A stretch of DNA of 64,000 nt from Candidatus Thorarchaeota archaeon. GTDB taxonomy: Archaea; Asgardarchaeota; Thorarchaeia; Thorarchaeales; Thorarchaeaceae. The position numbers and the translations under genes were made by a program. Of the stretch, positions 48,840 through 58,792 are shown in pieces. Each line of letters starts with the position of its first letter. Position 1 is the stretch's first letter. Where the stretch lies: assembly GCA_029858305.1 (NCBI GenBank), contig JAOUFI010000003.1, positions 38,662-102,661 of the forward strand, given 5' to 3'. Under the pieces are notes generated by a model that searched no databases, was not told the DNA's origin, and saw only the letters and a program-made list of their open reading frames with translations.

Positions 48840-49017
48840 CAGCCTTAGATCTTCCAGTTTATTGACGGTTATATGAGTTTTCTCTGAAGTATATAGTTTC
48901 GGCCATCTCTCCCTGAGCCTCAATAGTACATTCAAAAGAAACGCTAAGCGAGAGAAGCAACTTAGGGTAGGAGCATATAGATAGGTTAGGTCCACCTTCA
49001 CCCGGGGGTATGGCTAG

Positions 49018-50178
49018 ATGGCTCTTGGTCAGGTTCATACAACGCAGACACAATTTGGACAGATAGACTCGAATCGGTTGGTCACAGCATTCACACCTCC
49101 TGGCTTGAGTGTTGAGGCTGCAAAATATCCTATTCTCATGGCAGGTGTGTTAGCATCCACAGAGCCTTCTGAATGGCTATCAATCTATGATCACCCAGAA
49201 TCATGGGGCGGATTGGATAGGGATGCTATACTTTCGATGAGAAAACGACTAATCCGGTTTACCGTTCCAATTGATGCAAGAGCTATGGAACCTTCCGACA
49301 GTGTCGAAACCCTGCAAACAATTGCTCTATCAGTCATTCCTATTGCGATTGATGCTAAAGTCACTAGCCTGCCCCCAAGAAATTTGCAAATTCTTGGTGG
49401 TCAACTTCCTACAGGACCCTCTGTTTATGTCAAATCTCTGGAGATTGTATCTGAGCCAGAGATTAGTAGAGTAGCTGAGAGAATATCTGAACAGGATATT
49501 CCTGCATCTGAAGCTGTATGGAAATTACTAGATTTTGAATACTCACTAGACCAAGTAGCACGTCTCATGTCTGTGGGATTACTAGGTCGACTGGATAGCA
49601 GGAGGTTTGTTCCTACACGCGGAGCCTACAAAGCTGTCATTGACGCGTTTATCAGTCGTAGTCTTATTGAACTTGCAGAGAAACCAATTACTACCTCTTA
49701 CCGTCTTAGCGCATCCGAGCTATACGACGAATGCTTCACCATCCTGTCACAACCAGGAGCACCTCAAGTCGACTACCTTCGAATTGAGCGAACTCAAAGT
49801 GGACTCGAACGTGGTGCAAGTATGGAAGGCGTGAAGAACCTCACTATGGACTCGAAAACCGCATTATTCGCAGATCATGCTAGATTCTCTGCGTATGAAA
49901 ATCTGATAAAACGTAAGGAGTCAGCTCATCTAACCATTTTCCATTTTGCTCGAACTGGCAATAATAATATTCTAGGTCCTTGGCCAGTCCGAGCTGGAGT
50001 AAAGGCTGCACTCGAATCAAACCAAGTGGAGCTAGATAATAGAGAAAATGCTCTTGCTGTTCTCAAATCACTTCTTGCGCCTGACATCTCAGTTTGGACT
50101 GAGGAACAACCACTTCTAGACAGTTATGGAGGTTCCTTTAGAATAATTGAGAATAGTTCTCCACGTATCAATTTCTAA
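49018..50178 (+). CDS. Divergent Nre-family archaeal DNA repair protein
   Basis: YP...G, YDHPESW.G...I..MR, MSVGLLG...RRFVPTR..Y.AVID resembling the Nre RxLVPTRWSITAVD motif; LGPW.VR.GV. Confidence 0.6.
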   Translation: MALGQVHTTQTQFGQIDSNRLVTAFTPPGLSVEAAKYPILMAGVLASTEPSEWLSIYDHPESWGGLDRDAILSMRKRLIRFTVPIDARAMEPSDSVETLQTIALSVIPIAIDAKVTSLPPRNLQILGGQLPTGPSVYVKSLEIVSEPEISRVAERISEQDIPASEAVWKLLDFEYSLDQVARLMSVGLLGRLDSRRFVPTRGAYKAVIDAFISRSLIELAEKPITTSYRLSASELYDECFTILSQPGAPQVDYLRIERTQSGLERGASMEGVKNLTMDSKTALFADHARFSAYENLIKRKESAHLTIFHFARTGNNNILGPWPVRAGVKAALESNQVELDNRENALAVLKSLLAPDISVWTEEQPLLDSYGGSFRIIENSSPRINF

Positions 50179-50210
50179 AAAAAGAAAGAAGGTGTAGGAT
50201 TATCCTACAC
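50177..50210 (-). terminator. Hairpin + U-tract terminator overlapping a stop codon
   Basis: GTGTAGGAT-T-ATCCTACAC palindrome followed on the minus strand by CTTCTTTCTTTTTTT. Confidence 0.5.
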
Positions 50211-51215
50211 ACTCTCTTTTGCTTCTTTTCTTGAAGCAGCCTTGTAAAGAAGAATTAGACCCAGAATGGAAAGCAAGCCACCTGATATTGCGCCTCCACC
50301 AACAAGAGAATCAGGACCTAAGCCTAGGCCAGATAGCATCGCTCTCAGTCCGAGAACGTCAAATGCTATCATAAACAGCACTATACCAAGAAGCAGCATG
50401 ATCAAACCAACACCAATTCCTCCTGCACGGAAGGACATAGAGCGAGGATACTGACTTTCTATGACATAACCTGTTGGTGCGGATACGGATGCTTTGTACT
50501 TCTTGTTACCGTATCGATAGGTTAACTCCCAAACAGGCACATGAATTAAGAAAGTCTCTCCAACATTGATGTCATCTTTCCTGGATTCAATCTTGCTGAT
50601 TTCCTGAAGAACAAGTTTCGTTTGCCTATCAATTGCAATCTGACGGGCTTGTGCTTTGGCTTGTTCTTCTGTCATGTTGCTGTGAAGGACCTTTCCATCG
50701 AACTCTTCTGCATGGGCATGACTAAAGAATTCTTTTGCTCGCGTCGGAATTGGAAAATTACGAATATCCTCATCGATCTCCTTTACACCAGCGATATTGA
50801 TCTCATGCCTCCGCGTGAATTGACCAGATTCTGGTTTCCAGAAGAAATTGATTCGTTTATACGCACCTCGACGTTGAGGCCATTCATCATGAAATGTTGC
50901 GTCTCTTCCCATTCCCTGATACTCTGTGTGAGCATCGACTCTACTAATCCAGAAGGGGTACCATATCTGTTCGTATTGAACGAAATTTGCAGTCGCTGGG
51001 AGATCCTCCGGAGCACCAAGCTGCTTAGAAACCCAATCTAGGAGTGTGGTTTGAGCCTCGCCTTGATCAAAATGAACCCGTATCATATAATGGTCCTTGA
51101 ACTTGACTCCGTCAGTTGTTTGAGCTGTCCCACAGTAAGGACAGACTAATAGAACATCACCAGGACCCGTGTTAAAGTCTGCATCGCAGAAATTACATCT
51201 CGCCATTTTAATCAC
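50205..51215 (-). CDS. Zinc-ribbon protein with C-terminal TM pair (YdjG-like), paralog 1
   Basis: CNFC...CPYCG, WYPFW, HVPVWELTY.Y..K.Y...V.A.TG, two TM. Confidence 0.6.
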   Translation of the reverse strand: MIKMARCNFCDADFNTGPGDVLLVCPYCGTAQTTDGVKFKDHYMIRVHFDQGEAQTTLLDWVSKQLGAPEDLPATANFVQYEQIWYPFWISRVDAHTEYQGMGRDATFHDEWPQRRGAYKRINFFWKPESGQFTRRHEINIAGVKEIDEDIRNFPIPTRAKEFFSHAHAEEFDGKVLHSNMTEEQAKAQARQIAIDRQTKLVLQEISKIESRKDDINVGETFLIHVPVWELTYRYGNKKYKASVSAPTGYVIESQYPRSMSFRAGGIGVGLIMLLLGIVLFMIAFDVLGLRAMLSGLGLGPDSLVGGGAISGGLLSILGLILLYKAASRKEAKESV

Positions 51216-52252
51216 CCCTTCTTTACACGCTGAGTCATAATCAACACCCTAAATCCAAGGATGGTCATTACTATGCCAACAATCGTTAGTAGCAATCCTA
51301 CCCCGAAAAACGTCATATCCATCTCAGGTGCAATGAATTGCGGGTAGAGAAATTCGCCTCCAACGCCTGAGAGAATAATGCCTATGAGACCAAGCAGTGT
51401 CCACATAATTCTCTGACCTTTTGTGATTGGTATCTCGCCAAGTACTACTCTACCAGAGTTGCCATCGATGGCAGCCTTGTATAGGTCCCCTTGGAACTTG
51501 TACCGTATCAGGGAGAATGGAGCCTGCAGATATGTTGTGCCTCTCACACTGCTAGTTGTACGACAGTCAAAAAGCTCTGTTAGTCCACTAGCAGCTTGAG
51601 CGCGATGGTTATCCGCGACTCGACCATGAATGGCCTTTTCATACTCCTCTTGCCCAATCTCAGCGTTCAGCATTATTGGATCAAGATCCTTAATCTTCTC
51701 AAAGTTATATGGAACTGTTTTCTCGAGCTTAATTGTATCCAAGTATTCACCAAGTCCGTAGAAACGAGCTCCTTTTCGCGCAAGCAAACGCTCATCAGTG
51801 TCGGTATGAAGTTCAGATTGAACTGGCACATACCCTGTCTCGTAGTCGGTGTATGTCTCAGTTCTTGTCTTACCATCGGAGTCTCTAACAGTCCGAGTCT
51901 TTTGAACGGGAACTTGCACGGTCTTATACCCCTTGTAGTATGAGTCTGCCTTAACTTTGGCAGTCCACACTGGCACGTAGATTAATCGGTTCTCGACTAT
52001 CTTTGCGTTCTTGACCAAGGATTTGTTCATACCCTTGTTTTTATCAAGAAACTCTTGGAATCCCTGTATTCGCTCATCTGCGCCTACTGCGGCTTCCATC
52101 AAGTGATCACCAATTGCTTTTCCTTCGATAGTGCTAGTACCTCCACAATAGGTACAAGTGATAACAACATCGTCAGGTCCCGTTTTCACATTTCCATTAC
52201 AGACAGGACACTTGAACATGTCCGCTGATTCTGCTTCAGAACCCATTATCAA
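51212..52252 (-). CDS. Zinc-ribbon protein with C-terminal TM pair (YdjG-like), paralog 2
   Basis: CPVC...CTYCG, YVPVW, P...IRYKF.G..Y.A.IDG.SG.V..GE.P, two TM; 4-nt overlap with paralog 1. Confidence 0.6.
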   Translation of the reverse strand: MIMGSEAESADMFKCPVCNGNVKTGPDDVVITCTYCGGTSTIEGKAIGDHLMEAAVGADERIQGFQEFLDKNKGMNKSLVKNAKIVENRLIYVPVWTAKVKADSYYKGYKTVQVPVQKTRTVRDSDGKTRTETYTDYETGYVPVQSELHTDTDERLLARKGARFYGLGEYLDTIKLEKTVPYNFEKIKDLDPIMLNAEIGQEEYEKAIHGRVADNHRAQAASGLTELFDCRTTSSVRGTTYLQAPFSLIRYKFQGDLYKAAIDGNSGRVVLGEIPITKGQRIMWTLLGLIGIILSGVGGEFLYPQFIAPEMDMTFFGVGLLLTIVGIVMTILGFRVLIMTQRVKKG

Positions 52253-52346
52253 ACTCTCCGAGTCTGTGTCTGAAGCAAGAATACGGGAGAATTCTATTTA
52301 GGGTTATGGTGCTTAACTGTCAGCACGATTTCTCTGCGTGTTGTGT

Positions 52347-53099
52347 CTATAACCATTCAGAGGGTGCAATCTCGCCAATCTCATCGTCAATTACGACTAC
52401 TTGATCCTGTCCAAATAGACGTGCAATAAGAATAATTTGCACTAGACTGATGAATATAGATGGAATTCTGAGAAGAATTATTGAAAACATGGAATCAACA
52501 GGAAAGAGAAATTGTACTAGATACACGATGAGATAATTATAGATTAGATTCGCGAATGTCAATAATATGATGTTTTTCAATAAGTTTCGATCGTTAACAG
52601 TATCATTAATTGTCCAAATAATCCAAGTCAAAACAAGAGCGATTGTAGTTGATGTTACTGCGGTGAGCACTTGATATATCCCAATGTATTCAAATCCGAG
52701 ATAGAACAAGAACGACAGAGAAATCATAGGCGCAACCTGCGAGATAAAGACGTAGGGTAGCGCTAGCTTACTCATGTTGCTTCTCAGAAGAGCATAGTAT
52801 CCAATGGTAACAAGGATAGATATGCCCAACGAAATAGAGCTCAGAATGTTCGAGAAATATGCATATGCAAGGAAATCAATCGGGCCTTCTAAGAGATAGA
52901 AGTAGAATGTCACCGAATTTGAAATGAGTATCATGACAAATGTACCAACACAACCCATCTGCCCAATCTTTAGAGATAGGCGTAGAAATGATTCCTCCTC
53001 AGCAATTAATTTTGGATTGATATGTTCTCCCCACAATTTTGAATCCCCAAGACACGATGCTCCGCCTTTTAGAAGCCCTTCTCTCCAAGATAAGGGCAC
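52347..53099 (-). CDS. Hypothetical multi-pass membrane protein
   Basis: About 6 TM helices; start uncertain. Confidence 0.5.
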   Translation of the reverse strand: MPLSWREGLLKGGASCLGDSKLWGEHINPKLIAEEESFLRLSLKIGQMGCVGTFVMILISNSVTFYFYLLEGPIDFLAYAYFSNILSSISLGISILVTIGYYALLRSNMSKLALPYVFISQVAPMISLSFLFYLGFEYIGIYQVLTAVTSTTIALVLTWIIWTINDTVNDRNLLKNIILLTFANLIYNYLIVYLVQFLFPVDSMFSIILLRIPSIFISLVQIILIARLFGQDQVVVIDDEIGEIAPSEWL

Positions 53100-53216
53100 C
53101 GATGCAAGTAGGTCAATTTCAGATCATGACGAGAATAATTCGTATTGAATTTGCAAATTACTCATTCTCTCGCAACTCATTGATATTCATCGGATATTGT
53201 GAAATGCAGTCTGATG

Positions 53217-54365
53217 TTATTTGCGAATATCATCACGAAGTCTAGCAGCTGAGAATTCATCCACTCTATCTTTTACTTCTTCTCGTGCAGCCTGATGCTT
53301 CTCAAGAAATTCCACCATCATAGGCGCCAAGATCTGTTTGCATTCTCCGCAAAGTAAGTCACCAGATCTGCACCTTTGTTCGATATCAGCAAGTGCTCTA
53401 TCATCAGGCATGAAGATGAAGTTGTACCACTTGAATATACTACAGATATCTGGATTGGCTCCTAGTTTCCTTTGTTCCTCGACAGTTGTCCGACCTCCGG
53501 TAAAGGCAGCCATTACTTTCTTCTTTGCCATCTTTGGTGTGTCGGTAGTAAAGATAACTGACATTTCATCAGAGGCGGACATCTTTCCACCCTCTTTGAG
53601 ACCAGGGACGAACATACACTGTATGCTTGCAGGTTTATAGTACCCCAACTTCTCAGCTACATCCCGTGTGACTCTCCAGAATGGATCCTGATCGATTGCG
53701 CAAGGGATGATGCATGGAGTGTTCTTACCATAGATCCAAGAGTGTAGAAATGCAGGAACTGCTTGGATTGCAGGATGCCAGATTGACCCAATATTCGTGC
53801 TATTATCAAATCCAAATGTGGCTTTTACAGTAGAGAATGTCACCTTTCTAGCCACTTCGACTGCAAGCTCGTAGAGCATGTCAACATGCTCAATATCTTG
53901 AATGATGTAGGTATCTTCTGGTTTGAAGCCGAGTGCCAAGAGATCAAGTGTGTTTTCATAGGTGTAACGCTTTACATCATCAAGACTAAGATGAGGATTG
54001 AAGAAGTACTTCTCGTCATTCGTCATTTGAAAATATAGCCGCGTCTTCATACGGCCTTGAAACCATTTTGTAAAGATCCATGGAACGAGATGACCAATAT
54101 GGGTATGCCCACTTGGACCTCTCCCAGTGTAGATGACGAAAGGATTGCCTTTTTCATATTCTTTCAGGATCCAATCTAAATCCCTGTGTGAGAAGAATAG
54201 GTCTCTATCAAGCATGAAATGTCGATCTCCAGCGAGTTTGAAGAGTTTCTCCTTCAATTTGCCATCTATTCGCTGAGTTCCGAACTCTTCAATGAGCCTA
54301 TCATAATCCATTTTTCCACGGACTTCATAGGGTGTGACAACCATTTCGTCTCTATCATCACTCAA
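53217..54365 (-). CDS. trpS: Tryptophanyl-tRNA synthetase (archaeal/eukaryotic type)
   Basis: YTGRGPSGHTHIGH, PCAIDQDPF, KMSAS, AFTGGR.T.EEQR. Confidence 0.96.
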   Translation of the reverse strand: MSDDRDEMVVTPYEVRGKMDYDRLIEEFGTQRIDGKLKEKLFKLAGDRHFMLDRDLFFSHRDLDWILKEYEKGNPFVIYTGRGPSGHTHIGHLVPWIFTKWFQGRMKTRLYFQMTNDEKYFFNPHLSLDDVKRYTYENTLDLLALGFKPEDTYIIQDIEHVDMLYELAVEVARKVTFSTVKATFGFDNSTNIGSIWHPAIQAVPAFLHSWIYGKNTPCIIPCAIDQDPFWRVTRDVAEKLGYYKPASIQCMFVPGLKEGGKMSASDEMSVIFTTDTPKMAKKKVMAAFTGGRTTVEEQRKLGANPDICSIFKWYNFIFMPDDRALADIEQRCRSGDLLCGECKQILAPMMVEFLEKHQAAREEVKDRVDEFSAARLRDDIRK

Positions 54366-54521
54366 TGTAGGAATCTCCTAGGATGAAAACCAGCACAAGG
54401 CTAGTATTTTCCAACATCTACATATCACAATTAAGCGTGCTGGTGGCATTTATTGACGTAATTTATTATAGTCGAAGTTATATTTACGTCACATATAATC
54501 TGTTCATAGGGTTAATGATGC

Positions 54522-55964
54522 ATGCCTCCAAAACGAAGATACTTCAAGAAAGGTAAACCAAACCAGATACTTCGAGTGATCAAACCATTTCGGGAGTTCA
54601 TGCAGTATGAGGCGGCTGGTGGACTTGTTCTAATCTCATGCGTGATTATTGCTCTAATAGTATCAAATCTTCCTTTTGGTTCACTTTACTTCTTACTTTG
54701 GGAAACAGATATTGGTATATCAGTTGGCCCATTCAGCATTCTTCAACCTTTGATTTTCTGGGTAAATGACGTTCTAATGGTTATCTTCTTCTTTCTTATC
54801 GGTCTGGAAATCAAGCGTGAAGTACTAATCGGTGAACTAAGCTCACCTGAGAATGCAATTGCACCCATAATAGGGGCTATTGGAGGAATGATAGTACCTG
54901 CACTGATTTACCTGGTGATTAATCCCCCAGGTACGGGTGGAGCAAATTCGTGGGCAATTCCTATTGCCACCGATATTGCGATTACTTTAGGCATACTATC
55001 TCTCTTTGGAAAAAGAATCCCCACCTCTTTGAAAATCTTTGTAACAACTCTGGCAATCGTCGATGATATCGGAGGCGTAGTGGTTATAGCACTTGCTTAC
55101 TCACATGGAATTGACCTCGTTCATCTTGGAATTGCGGCAGGAGTATTTGTGCTTCTTATAATTATGAACAGATTAGAAATCAGACAGACTCTCCCCTACG
55201 CCATTTTTGGAGTTCTTCTTTGGATAGAGTTTCTTCTTTCAGGAGTTCATCCCACAATAGCTGGAATTCTTATCGCCATTACAATCCCTGCAACAACAAA
55301 GATCAACATTCAAGAATTCAACGAGATTAGCAGCGAGCTTGTTAGGAGACTTCGCGCCACATGTGATCCAGACATGGAGGATATAGACATTGGTTTGTTC
55401 CTCAATGCTACCAAAACTCTGGAAATGGCATGCCGCGATGTTGAAACTCCCCTCCGGCAGGCTGAGCATGCCCTTACCAAATGGCTTGCCTTTGTTATAA
55501 TACCTATATTTGCACTGGCAAATGCAGGGGTTGCGTTTGCAACCGTAGAAGGCAGTCTACTTATCAGCTCTGTACCCATCGGAATTATTTTGGGGCTAAT
55601 AATTGGCAAGCCTCTTGGAGTCATACTATCTATCTGGATAGGAATACGTCTAGGTGTCATTAAGATGCCAGAAGGTGTGAATTGGGAGATCATGATGTCA
55701 ACAGCATTCCTTACTGGAATCGGTTTTACAATATCGACATTCATTGCATCATTAGCAATATCAGAATTCAGTCTCCTTTCAGCAGCTAAAGGTGCAATTC
55801 TAATAGCATCTCTTGTTTCAGGTCTTCTTGGTTTCTTTGCTTTGCGATACACCCTTCGAAAACGTGAGATTGCTCTAATTCCATACATTCCCAGCGAGAT
55901 TCCTAAAACTCCAAACATAATCTCATCAGAAAACAATCCAGCTCCAGAGTCAATTAAAGCATGA
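54522..55964 (+). CDS. nhaA: Na+/H+ antiporter NhaA
   Basis: WVNDVLM.IFFFLIGLEIKRE, WAIPIATDIA, LAIVDD, SGVHPTIAG, FALANAGV, GKPLG, GIGFTIS. Confidence 0.95.
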   Translation: MPPKRRYFKKGKPNQILRVIKPFREFMQYEAAGGLVLISCVIIALIVSNLPFGSLYFLLWETDIGISVGPFSILQPLIFWVNDVLMVIFFFLIGLEIKREVLIGELSSPENAIAPIIGAIGGMIVPALIYLVINPPGTGGANSWAIPIATDIAITLGILSLFGKRIPTSLKIFVTTLAIVDDIGGVVVIALAYSHGIDLVHLGIAAGVFVLLIIMNRLEIRQTLPYAIFGVLLWIEFLLSGVHPTIAGILIAITIPATTKINIQEFNEISSELVRRLRATCDPDMEDIDIGLFLNATKTLEMACRDVETPLRQAEHALTKWLAFVIIPIFALANAGVAFATVEGSLLISSVPIGIILGLIIGKPLGVILSIWIGIRLGVIKMPEGVNWEIMMSTAFLTGIGFTISTFIASLAISEFSLLSAAKGAILIASLVSGLLGFFALRYTLRKREIALIPYIPSEIPKTPNIISSENNPAPESIKA

Positions 55965-56063
55965 ATATGTTGTAAACAAGAAAATTGGCAAAATAGTTAG
56001 GTCTAAAAAGGCTCCAATTGAGTGAGGTAGGATATTTGTGTTCCAACAAAGGAGTTCGGATTA

Positions 56064-56315
56064 ATGCGTATTGAAGAATATGAGTTCGAAGAGGAGAAAA
56101 CACTATCCAACTTAGCTGATCTACTCGTCGAAATCGCAGAACAAATACGAGCTGGAGAAAAACTTGCACTTCCGATGCCAACTCTCAAGGAAGGAATCAT
56201 AGAAATTCCTCTAGGCGAGCCAATCGAAACAGGAATAGAGGTGACAATTCGTCGCCATTTCATCCATGTGGATTTTGCATTGGCATGGAAGAGAAGAGAG
56301 AATGAGGAGGCTTAA
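56064..56315 (+). CDS. Amphi-Trp domain protein
   Basis: 83 aa; amphipathic helix LADLLVEIAEQI, beta strands, C-terminal LAW + charged tail. Confidence 0.65.
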   Translation: MRIEEYEFEEEKTLSNLADLLVEIAEQIRAGEKLALPMPTLKEGIIEIPLGEPIETGIEVTIRRHFIHVDFALAWKRRENEEA

Positions 56316-56318
56316 TTC

Positions 56319-56942
56319 ATGTCAGATGAAATTCTCGATCGGCAAACCATTCTCAAACAAATAGAAGCAATACTCATTGTTCAAGAGAAAATCAGCGATT
56401 ATATTCACAAGAGACTCTGCTTGACATGTGATGAGCTTACAGATGATATTTTGAATGAACAACGAAAAGATGCATTCAAACAAGTACGAGGACTGGTAGA
56501 TAAGTATGCGTTTTCAAAACAGCTACCCAGGAACGACTTGGGTATCAGGGCTCAATCAATTGTTTTCTTTCTGCTAGACATTCAACACACATTTCACAGA
56601 GTGCTTGTAATGATAGATATGATTCATGAGGAAACCTTTGACGAGATCTATAGAGACTCTATAACGACGATATCATCAAAGGTTCATGAGATGATGATTG
56701 ACTTAAAGACCATGGTCAGCCAGCGAGCAGATAATTTAGAAGAGTCACATGACACACTCGATATCCTTGTAAAACTAGAACGACAGATTGACGAAGATAA
56801 TATTGTAATCTGTCGACAGATTTCTATAGCTACGGGGGGTGACTCTGATTTTATTTGTTATATGATGAGAAAGATTGTTGCAGAGCTAGAGCACATCTCA
56901 GATTATGCAAAAGAATGTGCAGAGATTGTCGCGGAGATTTGA
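56319..56942 (+). CDS. PhoU/DUF47-like helical bundle protein
   Basis: LERQIDE and ELEHISDYA (ExxxD motifs); all-helical. Confidence 0.55.
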   Translation: MSDEILDRQTILKQIEAILIVQEKISDYIHKRLCLTCDELTDDILNEQRKDAFKQVRGLVDKYAFSKQLPRNDLGIRAQSIVFFLLDIQHTFHRVLVMIDMIHEETFDEIYRDSITTISSKVHEMMIDLKTMVSQRADNLEESHDTLDILVKLERQIDEDNIVICRQISIATGGDSDFICYMMRKIVAELEHISDYAKECAEIVAEI

Positions 56943-56948
56943 GTTTCT

Positions 56949-58688
56949 GTGTTGCAGCAGGGAGAGCCGTCAACTACAATCTTAGTTTTGATAGCTGGTA
57001 TTCTTATCATCGGAGTTGCTATCGCAAAGATAGCTGAGAGGTATAAGGTTCCACATCCCATACCCTTGGTGATCACTGGATTAGCGATGGGGAGAGTTTT
57101 AGTCCTATTAGAACCAGATAGTGCGCTAGTTCAGATTGCAGGTTTTGACTTCATTGCGCAATTGACTCTTGCCACAGTACTCTTCTATGCTGGTCTTACA
57201 TTGAATTTGAGAGAGTTACGCCTATCTATCGTTAATGTAATGCTTTTAGCTACGGTGGGTGTGCTCGCTACTTCATTGATTGGTGGATTCACACTACTTA
57301 TTTCAACTGCAGCTATTGCGATACCGCTAGGCATAGCAGCTTTTCTCATTGGAGCTATTCTATCTCCGACAGATCCTGCAGCTTTGTTCGCTGTTCTTGA
57401 ATCAGGCGGAGTGAGAGTCAAACGCAAGTTATTCTCGATTCTTGAAGGTGAAGCAGTATTCAATGATGCAACATCAGTAATTCTAGTAATAACAGTCTTC
57501 GAGCCAATCGTGATAGCTAGTTTAGCTAATATCGTCGGAGGTACGAATTGGGGATTAATTGCAGGTGAATTTATTGCAAGTATGGGATTGGGAGTCGTAC
57601 TTGGATTCATTGTTGCGCGGATGGTGGGATGGGCAATCCCGAAAGCAGGCGACGATACAAATATCTCAATCCTTACAGCTACTACTCCTTTCCTAGCCTA
57701 CGGATTAGGAGAGCTCTTCACAATATTCTACATTCACCCTGGTGCTCTTGCAGCAGTCTTTGCAGGAATCTTCATGGCCAATTCGCGAAGGATCGGACTT
57801 CAACCCTTGCCACAACGTTCAATGCGAGGAGTGATGAAAAATGTTTCATTCTTCTTTGAAATTGTTGTCTTCATACTACTCGGATATTCATTAAGTGTTC
57901 CACTAATAGAGGGCGACCATTCAACAGAAACTATAACGTTTATACTAGCTAATCCAGGGATTCTCATACTCGGTTTATTTATGGCGGTCCTAGTGATTTT
58001 TGTTGCCAGACCTATCTCAGTCTTTCTCGTTACCGCAGGAGATAGAACGATGAATTTCAAAGAGAGATTCTTCTTGAGCTGGGCTGGTGTGAAGGGTGTG
58101 GCAAGCGCAGCTCTTGCAGCTATCGCTGTGACCGTAATCATTCAATATGCACACGGATTGACAGGGCAGTCGTATGTAGGATATTTAGATGCTATAAGAA
58201 ATGTCGTTCCTTCCATCTATGCTGTTGTCTTCATTGTCCTGATGGTAAGCCTAATTGTACAGGGCTTGTCGACATCATTTCTAGCCACTTTTTTGGGACT
58301 GACTGAAGAAGTAGACATAGCGAAGGAAATTACTGTCCATCGAAATGCCACGAGACAAGCACTCCTTCAGTTAGTTGATGAATATACAGAAGGGAAGATA
58401 GATGCAGAATTGTATAGCCGGATGAAAGCAGAATTAGAAGAAGAGATATTCGATCTTGAAGCTGAACTTAGAAGAATAGTTTCAGAGAGAAGAACAAGAA
58501 TAAAGGAATTGCGCGTTCGTGAAATGATATTCAGAAAGAAATTGGAGTTTTATAGAAAGGAGTACGAATCTGGAAAGATTTCAGATGCTGTTTTCGAAGA
58601 TTTGAGAAGTGAATTGGAAACTGATATTGAAGAAATCATAAATCGGATCAAAGGGCATGAAAAACGAATGACATCTGCACCAGACTAG
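56949..58688 (+). CDS. CPA1-family cation/H+ antiporter (NhaP-like) with C-terminal coiled-coil/SHOCT-like domain
   Basis: LSPTDPAA, LEGEAVFNDA, FILLG, ARP, WAGVKG, QGL; C-terminal EGKIDAELY and SGKISDAVF repeats. Confidence 0.88.
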   Translation: MLQQGEPSTTILVLIAGILIIGVAIAKIAERYKVPHPIPLVITGLAMGRVLVLLEPDSALVQIAGFDFIAQLTLATVLFYAGLTLNLRELRLSIVNVMLLATVGVLATSLIGGFTLLISTAAIAIPLGIAAFLIGAILSPTDPAALFAVLESGGVRVKRKLFSILEGEAVFNDATSVILVITVFEPIVIASLANIVGGTNWGLIAGEFIASMGLGVVLGFIVARMVGWAIPKAGDDTNISILTATTPFLAYGLGELFTIFYIHPGALAAVFAGIFMANSRRIGLQPLPQRSMRGVMKNVSFFFEIVVFILLGYSLSVPLIEGDHSTETITFILANPGILILGLFMAVLVIFVARPISVFLVTAGDRTMNFKERFFLSWAGVKGVASAALAAIAVTVIIQYAHGLTGQSYVGYLDAIRNVVPSIYAVVFIVLMVSLIVQGLSTSFLATFLGLTEEVDIAKEITVHRNATRQALLQLVDEYTEGKIDAELYSRMKAELEEEIFDLEAELRRIVSERRTRIKELRVREMIFRKKLEFYRKEYESGKISDAVFEDLRSELETDIEEIINRIKGHEKRMTSAPD

Positions 58689-58792
58689 CACAGTTTTGAA
58701 ATCTGTTTTTAGGTAAAGGAGGGTATAATGTCGCGGCAATACTCTTTTTACTAGCAAAGCGTAACTCAGAGATTAAATAGGAGAGATATGGC

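Noticed and set aside
54390-54445. ACCAGCAC...GTGCTGGT inverted repeat upstream of trpS as a T-box/attenuator
   Set aside because: No T-box consensus or specifier loop, leader too short, and T-boxes are bacterial
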